A stretch of DNA of 64,000 nucleotides from the human T2T-CHM13v2.0 reference genome, Homo sapiens. The stretch is taken from assembly GCF_009914755.1 (NCBI RefSeq), contig NC_060931.1; one strand, written 5' to 3'. Every line of letters begins with the position of its first letter. Position 1 is the stretch's first letter. Made by a program: the position numbers and the translations under genes. Positions 53,741 to 64,000 of this stretch are shown here, piece by piece. A model generated the notes under the pieces. It made no database searches. It saw nothing but the letters and a program-made list of their open reading frames with translations, and was not told the DNA's origin.

Positions 53741-54858
53741 CTCTTAGATATTTGAGACTGGAGTTTATGGGAGAAGTCAATGCTAAAAATATAAATCTGG
53801 GAGTTGTCAGCTTGTAGATTGACAGATCACCAAGGAAATGAGTGAAGATAGAGGAGATCCCAAGAATGAGCCCTGGGACTCTCCACTGTGAAGTTGTCAT
53901 AAAGGGGAGGAGGGGTTCGCAAAAAACAAAACAAAACAAAACACTTCCCCAAAAACCTGAAGAGTGGCCCATGGATAGGAGAAAAACTAGAAGAATGTGA
54001 GGTCCTGGAAAACAAGTGAAAAAAGTCTTTCGAGGAGGAGGGCGTGATCAGCTAAGTCAAATATTGCAGCTTTGTCATGTAGGTGAAAAACTGTGACCTA
54101 ATTTAGCAACCTGGAGGTGACCTTGACAACAGTTTTGGTGAATTGATGATTGTGTGCTTAACAGAATGATTTAGTAGAGATTTTTTTAAAATTAGGAAAG
54201 AGTAAGAGGATAATTTTTGGAGCAATGTAATTTATTTGATGAGAGATTATGGGATCCAGTGCTCAAATAGAGGAGTTGGGTCTGGATGAAGCCATGGAAA
54301 AATCACCTGAAGTAACAGAGAGGAAGGTGCAATACTTGCAGCTGGGTAGATAGAGGTGGTGGCACTAGTTTCTAGAACTACTTTTTTCTAAGAGATGTAG
54401 GAAGGAAAGTAATTAACTGAGAGTGAAGATGAGGTGATGGAATTTTGAGGTGGAAGAAGAGATACAAAAGAATTTTCTAGGAGGAAGAGAATAAGTAGAG
54501 AAATACAGTTAATTCTCTGGGCAGCACTAAAAGTCTCTTTGAGATTAGTTATTATGATTTAAACATACAGCAAAACTCTTTTTCTCTATCTACTAGCTAC
54601 CTTCAGCTTCATGGGTGCTAGGACAGAACTCGTGGGCAGTTGGATTTAACCATGATTATAGTTTTGCCAAGTTAGAAACACAAAGTAAGAGGATAAGAGA
54701 ATTGAGGTTTTATGCAAAAGAGAGAAAATGGGCTATGGATTTAAAAATAGGTAAAAATGGAAGTAAATACATAAATAGGATGTGGGAAAAACTGATAGGT
54801 CCTAGTTGGGCTTGGGATAGTAGAGGGAAAGTGCTGGAAGGACAAGAGGTGGTGGTGG

Positions 54859-56365
54859 TGTGTCCAGAATTGGTGGGTTCTTGGTCTCACTGACTTCAAG
54901 AATAAAGCCGCGGACCCTCGCGGTGAGTGTTACGGTTCTTAAAGGTGGCGTGTCCGGAGTTTGTTCCTTCTGATGTTCGGATGTGTTCGGAGTTTCTTCC
55001 TTCTGGTGGGTTCGTGGTCTTGCTGGCTCAGGAGTGAAGCTGCAGACCTTCGCAGTGAGTGCTACAGCTCTTAAGGCAGCTCGTCTGGAGTTGTTCGTTC
55101 CTCCCGATGGGCTCGAGGTCTTGCTGGCTTCAGGAATGAAGCTGCAGACCTTCGTGGTGAGTGTTACAGCTCATAAAGGCAGTGTGGACCCAAAGAGTGA
55201 GCAGTAGCAAGATTTATTGCAAAGAGTGAAAGAACAAAGCTTCCACAGCGTGGAAGGGGACCCCAGCCGGTTGCCACTGCTGGCTCGGGCACCCTGCTTT
55301 TATTCTTTTATCTGGCCCCATCCACATCCTGCTGATTGGTAGAGCCTAGTGGTCTGTTTTGACAGGGTGCTGATTGGTGCGTTTACAATCCCTGAGCTAG
55401 ACACAAAGATTCTCCAGGTCCCCACCAGAGTAGCTAGATACAGAGTGTCAATTGGTGCATTCACAAACCCTGAGCTAGACACGGGGTGCTGATTGGTGTG
55501 TTTACAAACCTTGAGCTAGATACAGAGTGCCGATTGGTGTATTTACAATCCCTGAGCTAGACATAAAGGTTCTCCAAGGCCCTACCAGAGTAGCTAGATA
55601 CAGAGTGTTGATTGGTGCATTCACAAACCCTGAGCTAGACACAGGGTGCTGATTGGTGAGTTTACAAACCTTGAGCTAGATACAGAGTGCCAATTGGTGT
55701 AATTACAATCCCTTAGCTAGACATAAAGGTTCTCCACGTCCCCACCAGACTCAGGAGCCCAGCTGGCTTCACCCAGTGGATGCTGCACTGGGGCTGCAGG
55801 TGGAGCTGCCTGCCAGTCCTGCGCCAGTCCCGTGCCGTGTGCCTGCAATCCTCAGCCCTTGGGTGGTCAATGGGACTGGGCACCATGGAGCAGGGGGCGG
55901 AGCTCGTCGGGGAGGCTCAGGCGGCACAGGAGCCCACGGAGTGGGGGAGGATCAGGCTTGGCGGGCTGCAGGTCCCGAGCCCTGCCCCGCGGGAAGGCAG
56001 CTAAGGCCCGGCGAGAAATTAAGCACAGCAGCTGCTGGCCCAGGTGCTAAGCCCCTCATTGCCCGGGGCTGGTGGGGGCCCGCCGGCCGCTCCGAGTGCG
56101 GGGTCCGCCGAGCCCACGCCCACCCGGAACTCGCGCTGGCCCGCAAGCACCACGCGCAGCCCGGTTCCCGCCTGCACCTCTCCCTCCACACCTCCTCCCA
56201 AGCTGAGGGAGCCGGCTCCGACCTTGGCCAGCTCAGGAAGGGGCTCCCACAGTGCAGCGGCGGGCTGAAGGGCTCCTCAAGTGCCGTCAAAGTGGGAGCC
56301 CAGGCAGAGGAGGCGCCGAGAGCGAGCAAGGGCTGTGAGGACTGCCAGCACGCTGTCACCTCTCA
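54859..56365 (-). mobile_element. LTR12C solo LTR (HERV9)
   Basis: tgtgtccagaattggtggg ... gcacgctgtcacctctca; 4-bp TSD GTGG; ~1.5 kb. Confidence 0.96.
55270..55745 (-). promoter_or_regulatory. LTR12C U3 promoter/enhancer array
   Basis: Eight CCAAT boxes on the - strand and four AGATA motifs in a ~160-bp higher-order repeat; AATAAA-type TATA equivalent near 55300. Confidence 0.8.
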
Positions 56366-59300
56366 GTGGGAGAGTGGAATGCTTGATATGGAGCCTATAG
56401 AGGAATCGCTGTTGTAGGTGGCTAGGTTAGGTGGAAGACAAGAACATTAGAGGAGATAAGTTCAGGTGTATTGAAAGGATCATCCAGCCGGATATTTAAG
56501 TCACCAAAAATGATGGTAAGTAGAGTGCTGGAAATGCAGTGAATAAGGAACTCAGTTCTTCAGGGAGTGAGGGAAAGGACCCAGGTGTGTAGATAATTAC
56601 AACAAGGGAGGGCAGTGGGTTGACGGTCTGATGAGATAAATGGAAACTGTATCTTGTCAGGAGATTCAGGTCAAGTTGAGGACATTAAAGATACAGGGCA
56701 TCTTGCTGATGATCGAGTATGGATTTCATAGAGCACATTGAAATTGTTTCAGGTGTTGGGATGCGTGGGCGATGAGTTCATAAATGGGAAAGTAGGCAGC
56801 TATCTAATAAGAGGATGAAGGCATAAGGGGTGGGAGAGGAAGTGAGGAGAGTGAGAAGCTGAGCTTCTTGAGGTGATCAATAAGTCAGGAATTAAGAGAT
56901 AAGTCTGTTCAAATTTTATAGTAGATACAAAGGTAGTGAGAGTTGGTGTAGTGAACAAGAAAAGTGGGGTTTTATCTGTAGCATATGTAGTTTGGAAACC
57001 TTCCTCGTCTTGTCAAGGATAGTGTGGAAAAGGCAGAAGAGTGGTATTAGCTGATGCTTGAAGAACCCAGGGCACGGAATTAGGACGCCGTGGTGTGAGT
57101 GTTTGAGGTAATATGTAATGTTAGAGTCACCTGGCATAAGCAATTAATCAGGGTTCTTTGTTTCTGGGTACTTCAGGTTCAGAACACAGTGCTATTCTTC
57201 CCTAATCATAATGACTTTTTCCTGATTATGTCATAAAAGCCACGGTTCAGTAGCCAATTGTTTGACAATTAAGTTAAAAGCAAAAAACAAACAAAAATCA
57301 TGTATTGATAGCATGTATATAAGACCTAGAGTTACAGGAGTACTTTATCTTATCTAATTATCAATCAATTTCTTTATTGTGTGGAGGTGTGGAGGGAGGC
57401 ACTGTCTCTTACCTCAAATAAATTTAATAGAGGATTAAAAAAGTGCCCAAACTATTTAATGTGAGAGGAAGAAATCAGGCCATCTACCCTTTTCCTTCTG
57501 CTCTGACCATGATGCAGCCATGGGTCAATTTCATGAATTAGCAGAGGAGGAAGATGTCATCCGGTGAGTTGTCCATTCTTACTTTTAAGGGACTCTATGT
57601 GAAGTTTTTCACAAGATTCTACAGAATCATACCCTTGAAGAAGATTAATTTCGCATACCTCTTGGTGCAAAGATCCTCTTTTCCCCAAATGGAAGGCTAG
57701 AAAAGATTGATGAGGTCATTTTGGCTGATTCATAATAAAATTTTCCTTTATTTGCATAGCAATTGAGGCATTAATGTACTTTATTTTTATAAGGTACATT
57801 TTCAAAGCTACTTCACTTACAATGGTTAATTTTATGATAGAATTTAAACTTTTTTCCCACTTTAATTTATGGTGTTAAAGTGTTACATCTGAGTACTTTG
57901 CTTAATTGGCTTCCAGAGAGTGACTGACGGGCATGGCTTACATTAATCAGCTCTGAATCTCCATAGCAAAATTTCTTTTACCCTCTATAATAATTTTATG
58001 CTTAGGGGCTGTCAGGAAATAGTATCTATCCCTTTGGGAATCCCACATTCTAGAGAAGTGAATGTGTGGAAAGATAATAAACCATGTAGCTCCCTGGCAC
58101 TTGTGTTCCTCTAGGATAGAATTCTTGAATAATTAGATCGTGATAGGTTGAGAAGCACCACTGTTCTATATTTAAAAATGAAATACGTTTTAGTTCATCA
58201 ACAGTATCCTCTATTTTGGAGTCTTGAGATAGAGGTTGTGAATACCTCATTCATTTGTTCCTTTGCCTTTCCTGAGAGAGACCACATCAGATTTTTATTT
58301 GTTCTAAACATCAAGTGGAGACAAATGACCACTAGACAGAGAATAAAACGACAAGGGATGTGTTTGAATAAGTATAAGTTGCTTTGTGTCATTTCATTTC
58401 TGAAGTAGGTTCTCTTAGGCAGTAAATTATGTCATAGCTTTATTTGAAATAAATTAGGTTCATTCACCTCTCATGATTCAAATTATCAGAGTATGGGATA
58501 AAAGAGAGCTGAGCAATATCAGAGGTGGAGGGAAAGGATCCAAAAGAGGAGAATGAACTCGAGAAAGTAAATGTGTCAATCTTGGGAAGGAATGACACCT
58601 TCTTTTCTGAAACGAGGGAAAGGTAGGCCTACACATTGCCACATTTTAAGGTTGAAGTACAAGGAGTCAGTAGTGTTTCTGTCTGATGGTGTTATCTCTA
58701 CAAACACTCATGAAATTTAATTCCTATATTGAATTTTGGTGCATAGAGGAAAAAATGTTACTTTCCTAGTCACAGGACAGCAGCATACTTTACCCACTTC
58801 AATGGTCTTCTAGAATCCAGGTGTTTGGCACTATTTGTCACAGGTGGGGAAGTCCACCTGTGCAGCTGTCCTCATCTAAGTCCAACTTTCCCACCAGAAC
58901 AACTGATTCACAGTTTTCAGCAGCTTATTTGGTCTCTTTTAGGTTGTAAATTTTTGTAGAAACCAGCTCTGCCTTTTCAAGTGCTCTGTGTCCATGCTCT
59001 TCATAATAGCCCAATAAATATTTGATGCATGGTCACAGTTTGTTAACGGTGATTTCATTCCCAGAAGAATGTAGGTGAATTGCCAGGGTATGTACTCTAG
59101 TACTTCAGTTAGTAGAAGGTTATGGTGGAGTAACCTATCTTTTATTAATGCTTACAGTTATGAAATGCAACCTAACGATTAAGCGGGGGTGGGGGTATAA
59201 ATTGGAAAGGGCTCTCGGGTGGAAATATCCTAAAAATCCACAAGAGGGGGATATATTGCCATTGAAGCAGAGAAGGGAGCTAATGAGATCTCAATTCCTA

Positions 59301-60185
59301 ATTTTTCAGAGCAGAATATTTGAGTGTATTTCTCCAGTTGAAAATGAGGAAAGGATAGGCTTTACAATTTTCTTTTGGGATGGGAGATTAGATTTAGAGA
59401 TGCTCACTTATTTGCAGACTGCTGGAATATGCATGACATGTCAAGGTTTAGGATGCATCGACAGCCTCAATGAGCCTATCTAAAAGCTTAAAGGATTTTT
59501 GTTTGTTTGGTTTTGATCTGATTATGGTTCTTTCAAGGATGGGTTACAAAGCTACCTTTGCTGTATCTCCCCTTTTCATTTTCTTGGCAGTGGCAGTAGA
59601 GAGTTAGTGCTGCCCAAATTGAGTTTATAGTCCTTGCTGGGAAGTGGCCTCACTAGTTTCATTGCCTCCTTTGGGCAAGATGTGGCAGCAGAATACATCA
59701 TTTTGGTTTTTCAGGAGCCTTTACCTACCAAAAGACAAGGTGGAACTGCAGGTAACTGTATACAAGAGGAACAGAGGGAAGCTTGATTCTAAATAGTGTC
59801 TATTTGTACCTTGAGATCCATATTAATTGCCTGACCTCCTCATGTTTATGTGGTCAATGGGGACAGAAACCCTTTATCATTCCATGAAAATTTTTGCAAC
59901 ATTGTTACTGGATCACTTGTAAATTTTATTTAGTTTCTTTTCAGAACACTTTCTTTTCTCCTCCTGTGTGTTAACAAATGGTATCAGCCAATGATATTTT
60001 CAATCTTTGGCATTCCTGACTCCTCCCTAATTCGTAAAGCTATTTCTTTCCTTAGTTTTCTCATTACCCTTTTTAGCTTCGCATTCTCAAGTTCTTCAAG
60101 CAATCCTTTCTTCCTCCCATGTCATTGCTGTCCAGGGTCACCTCTGTGGCCCTGCTGTCTTAGGAAGGATGTATTGTATAGAGAT

Positions 60186-60430
60186 TAAAAGCATGGACTG
60201 GAGACATTTTGTCTGGTTTACAATCTCAGCTCCAGTACTGACTAGCTACTGTGTGACCTTGGGTCAGTTGCTTAAATTCTCTGTGCCTTAGTTTCATGAT
60301 CTGCAAAATGGGAAGAGTGATAAAGGCCACCCTCATTGGATTTCTATGAGGAAAAGAAGAGTTAATATATGTAAAGGGCTTAGAATAGAGTCTGACACAT
60401 GGGAAATACTCTTTCAAACTTGGCTATTAG
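60186..60430 (+). mobile_element. MIR, near full length
   Basis: actgtgtgaccttgggtcagttgcttaaattctctgtgccttagtttcatgatctgcaaaatggg. Confidence 0.9.
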
Positions 60431-60469
60431 CATCATTATTGTTGTTATTAACCTCTTCCACCATAGACT

Positions 60470-61200
60470 TTCTTTGCAGTAATTCATTTGCATCCAAAGT
60501 CTCCACTGTCCCCTGAACATCTTCTCTGAGCCTTAGGTACCTTTCCTGGGGCTTTCTAGACATAGCCACCTGGACTGCTCCAATGTACCTCAGACTTAAT
60601 ATGTTCAAAATTGAACTCGTCATCTCTCACCTTCTCCTTGCAAACCTGCTTTTTTTTTTTTTTTTTTCCTATTCCTTCTTTCAGCCAATGGTACCATTTC
60701 TTGTCTAGAAGCCAAAGCCAGGAAATAGTGAGCTATCCTTGCCTTCAATCCTTCACCTCCAATTCATTTAGTTATCAAATCGTATTAATGTACATATTAA
60801 AACTTCTTCCACATGCAAGCCCTTAATTACCATGGAGGCCCCGAACCAATCTCCTTGCCCCTGATTGTACCTTGTTCTTTTTACTTTGGCCAGAATGATT
60901 TTTTTTTTTTTTACAAATGCAAATCTGATTCCATAATTCCTCAGATTAAAAATATTCCATATTTTTTATAGCTTTTAAGGTTATGTGGGGTTTGATGACG
61001 TGGACCCTACTTGCCTCACTGTGCCACCTATTGATTCTCTCTGCTGCACAAAAACTATTGTCCTGATGCAAACTTGGGAGCACAAAGGGGAAACCTATTG
61101 TTCATGCAGCAGAGAGAGAGAGAGTAGTATCTAAATTGCTGTGTCTAATACAGACACTAGCACATAGTGGGTACTAAATGTATATTCATATCTGTATGAA
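60470..61200 (+). mobile_element. L2 3' region
   Basis: cctcagacttaatatgttcaaaattgaactc ... ctagcacatagtgggtactaaatg. Confidence 0.75.
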
Positions 61201-62974
61201 TAAAGGCCTGGACTCTTTATGAATGGCGGTTCTTTCTTGCTCATAGACTTTAAAACAGTCCTCAATGTGTTGATTGGAATCAGCATGTTTCACAACATAA
61301 TTAAAATGTAAGAAATGTTTCTAGCACATCAGTAAAATAGACACTTTCAAATAATGTCAGAGGAAATGCAAGATCAAACTTACAAATAGCCTTTTACGTA
61401 AACAACACTCAGAGGTGCATTTTCTCCTTAATGCATATACATAACTTCCATTAACGTTCTTTGCCTCAGTGTTTAGCTTTTATTTTTATGTCTGTTGTAT
61501 AAATCTGAGTGTTGACACTTTAATGGAAATATCCTGGTTTGTGATGACATCATACCAAATGTAAAGTAGAGATAGTCAGATTGTTTGGAAAACTTTCCTC
61601 TGAGAATGTCTGTCTGTAATTCTGAAGAAAATTTGTTTTAATCCAGTGACATTCTGCTTCCCAAGGGAGCCTCACTAGTTCACAGGTCCTGTATGCTGCC
61701 TTCACTGCTTTAAATTATGGATGAATTCTTATGGATAGTCATAGGGAAATGACTTCACGTGGCCTAATCCCACTTAAAAGGCAAAGGGCTTAGGCTGGAG
61801 AGAAATCCTAGGAGTCATTATGCCTTCTGCAGAAAGGGGCTGAGGTGCCACAGGGATGGTGATGGGGAGGAACGGGTAATGGGAAAAGAACAGATGTGGC
61901 TCTTTTTTTTTTTTTTTGTTAGTGCAGTGTTTGGCACATAGTTGGTGTTCTAGAAACCACTCTGGTGAGGCTTTGTCCCATATCCTATAATTTTTATCTT
62001 TTTACAGTAAATTTAGGAGAAAATGAAAGGTTTCAATATACCAGGGTCTCTTGGGTTTCTTTATGTTGTTCTGGAATCCTGAAAAGATGGAAGTAGGCAT
62101 AGATCTTTGATTCTTCTCACACCTCTCTGTTGGGCCACCCTGATGGGATGGAATCCTGCTTGTTATCAGTGGAACAGGAAGCCCAGCAGTCTCCCAGTTG
62201 TCATTAGCACAACTGACTGCCCTGAGGAATGATATGTGGCTTTGACCTTCATGCTGAATTGTCACCCCGACTTTTTATTCTTCTGTGTTGTTCACTGGAT
62301 CAGACAGATGCTGAGGGTTTTAGTTCCAGGATAATACCTCTTCTCCAAACATGACCCACAGTGGATATTTCAAGGTTCATAGAATGTTGAGCTTCAATGG
62401 AGGCCATTGTCCTCCTATTAGGGAAGAGGAAATTGAGACTCACAGAACTGGAGTTACTTGCTCAAGACAGATTTAGTAACAGCAAGGACGGGAGCTCAGT
62501 TCCCAGAATTGAGTATGGGCCCTCCGTCCTTCGCTTCATTCAAAATTTCTCTCATTCTCTCTCTCCAATTCTTTCCATTCTTTTTCCCCCACTCTCTCTT
62601 CTTCCATTTTGTTTCTGCTATATGAGAACACTTTTACAATATAGAAGACACAGCAATCTTTATATCATGAAAGTCCTAACAATTGTCTCTTCAAAGACCA
62701 CAATGTATTATTAAAGGGCATGAAAAGATAGACTTTATTTTTTGAAGATTTTATTCACTATTAACTTTCCCTAGATCAGAGAGATGAGTCTTGACAGTTT
62801 TGCTTTGAGACTGCTCAGTTAGTGATAGTAGGTCATTCTCTTTCTTGGCTCATTTTTGATAGCTGGACGCTTGTAAGGGCAACTCATTGTCTTGCTCTCA
62901 GCTCAGCCTGGTCATTAGTGTCATTTAATGTCACTTCACTCTGCTGAAAATCATACTCTAGCTGCAGTAATTAT

Positions 62975-63590
62975 TTTTCTTTTTAATTTAAAAATATTTC
63001 AAGCATACAACTAAGAACAGGAGAAAGAGAAAAGATACCCACATTATCCACCATCCAGATTTAGTGCACATTAACATTTTGCCATAACTTCTTCAGATAT
63101 TTTATCTTAAACGTTGCAAAATACATTAGAAGTTTCCTCAATCCTTCAGTCTCCTCAAGGATGAGCATTGTTTTAAAGTTAATGTATGCCCGTTTCTTTA
63201 TATTATGTCTCCATAAAAAATGTGTTTTTAACAACTTACATATATAAAATCATTGTGTATGTATTCTTTTGCAGATTTCCTTTTTTTAAACTCAACATTA
63301 GTTTCTATAGATATATCTATACTTATATAGTAATTTATTTTTATTGATCTGTACATTATTCATTTGGACTGCCATGCATGATACCATTTAGTAAAAAATG
63401 CCATAATTTATCTTTTACTATTGATAGACATTGAAGTTGTATTCAGTTTTTTCTGATATTATAAACTACACTGCAGTGAACATCCTTGTATGCACTTTTT
63501 TAGTGCACTTATGTGGGAGCTACTCTAGGGCACCCATCTAAGAATAGAAATTTTGGTTCGTACGGTATGTTTAATTTTGCTACTACTTCT
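62975..63590 (-). mobile_element. L1ME-type 3' fragment
   Basis: ttaacattttgccata...ctattgatagacattgaagttg...ctgcagtgaacatccttgta. Confidence 0.78.
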
Positions 63591-63594
63591 AGCG

Positions 63595-63870
63595 CTCTGC
63601 CTTCTAAGCACATGGTAGAATTATACTCTTCCAATCCCCTTGAAGTTAGGCGTAGCCATTTGATTTGTTTTGGGCAATGAAATATGAGCACAGCCTTCAG
63701 AGGCAGGGAGGAATTTACCACATTCCTTCTTTGCCTCTGCCTCAGTGAACTTTAACGATCCATACGATGACTTCATCAAATGGGGTCTCAGTGAGGATGA
63801 GATGGAGTAAAGTCTCCAGTTGACTTGCAATAAATATTAGGCATGAGCTATAAATAAATTATTGAGGTTT
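63595..63870 (+). mobile_element. MLT1 (J/K-type) LTR fragment
   Basis: gaagttaggcgtagccatttgatttgttttgggcaatgaaat...gcatgagctataaataaa. Confidence 0.65.
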
Positions 63871-63875
63871 TATGT

Positions 63876-64000
63876 CAGGGGTTGGCAAACTATAGCCTAC
63901 TGGCCAAATCTGGTCCATTACCTGTTTGTTTATATATCATTTAGGCAGAATTGAGTAGTTGAGACAGAAACCATGTAGCCTATAAAGTTGAAAATACCTA
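63876..64000. mobile_element. MER58A (hAT-Charlie), runs off the window
   Basis: caggggttggcaaactatagcc...ggccaaatctgg...gcagaattgagtagttg. Confidence 0.82.

Larger units (their letters stand above)
52630..56900 (-). mobile_element. Long L2, interrupted by MLT1 and LTR12C
   Basis: L2 reverse-complement motifs (gagaggcttcactgag, ctagatttattttgaagg, atctgggagttgtcagc, gatcagctaagtcaaat), resuming after each insertion; boundaries approximate. Confidence 0.7.

Noticed and set aside
55330-55745. Regularly spaced ~40-bp repeats resembling a CRISPR array
   Set aside because: This is the known LTR12 U3 tandem array. There are no unique spacers or cas genes, and the DNA is eukaryotic.
55776-56417. 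213-aa and overlapping GC-rich ORFs
   Set aside because: They lie in LTR12C U3; openness reflects GC content and there is no protein family resemblance.
63306-63321. 16-bp palindrome TATAGATATATCTATA
   Set aside because: Low-complexity AT sequence inside an old L1; expected by chance.

Overview
Non-coding primate (human-like) genomic DNA: AT-rich, CpG-depleted, and with a large fraction made of transposable elements. These include 9 Alus, a young L1PA2-type insertion, older L1M/L2/MIR fragments, MaLR/ERVL/ERV1/ERVK LTRs, a truncated HUERS-P1-type provirus, a solo LTR12C and hAT/mariner fossils. I find no host protein-coding gene, RNA gene or CRISPR array. The only ORFs with real protein homology are L1 ORF2 fragments; the rest are repeat-derived or chance. 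Repeat orientation hints that this is an intron of a + strand transcript (inference; locus not identified). I cannot support a wholly new biological system. The most notable structures are: (1) a perfect 23-bp-stem, pre-miRNA-sized hairpin apparently created by template switching inside an ancient MLT1 LTR (21699-21755); (2) an L1PA2 insertion with both a twin-priming 5' inversion and a 28-nt putative 3' transduction (13916-15251); (3) a 483-nt pyrimidine tract that appears to have grown from the poly(A) tail of a tiny orphan L1-mediated insertion (39727-40255); (4) an MLT1 LTR nested in another MLT1 LTR; (5) a CpG-rich LTR12C promoter pointing leftward. Subfamily names come from recalled consensus features and should be confirmed with RepeatMasker/Dfam.
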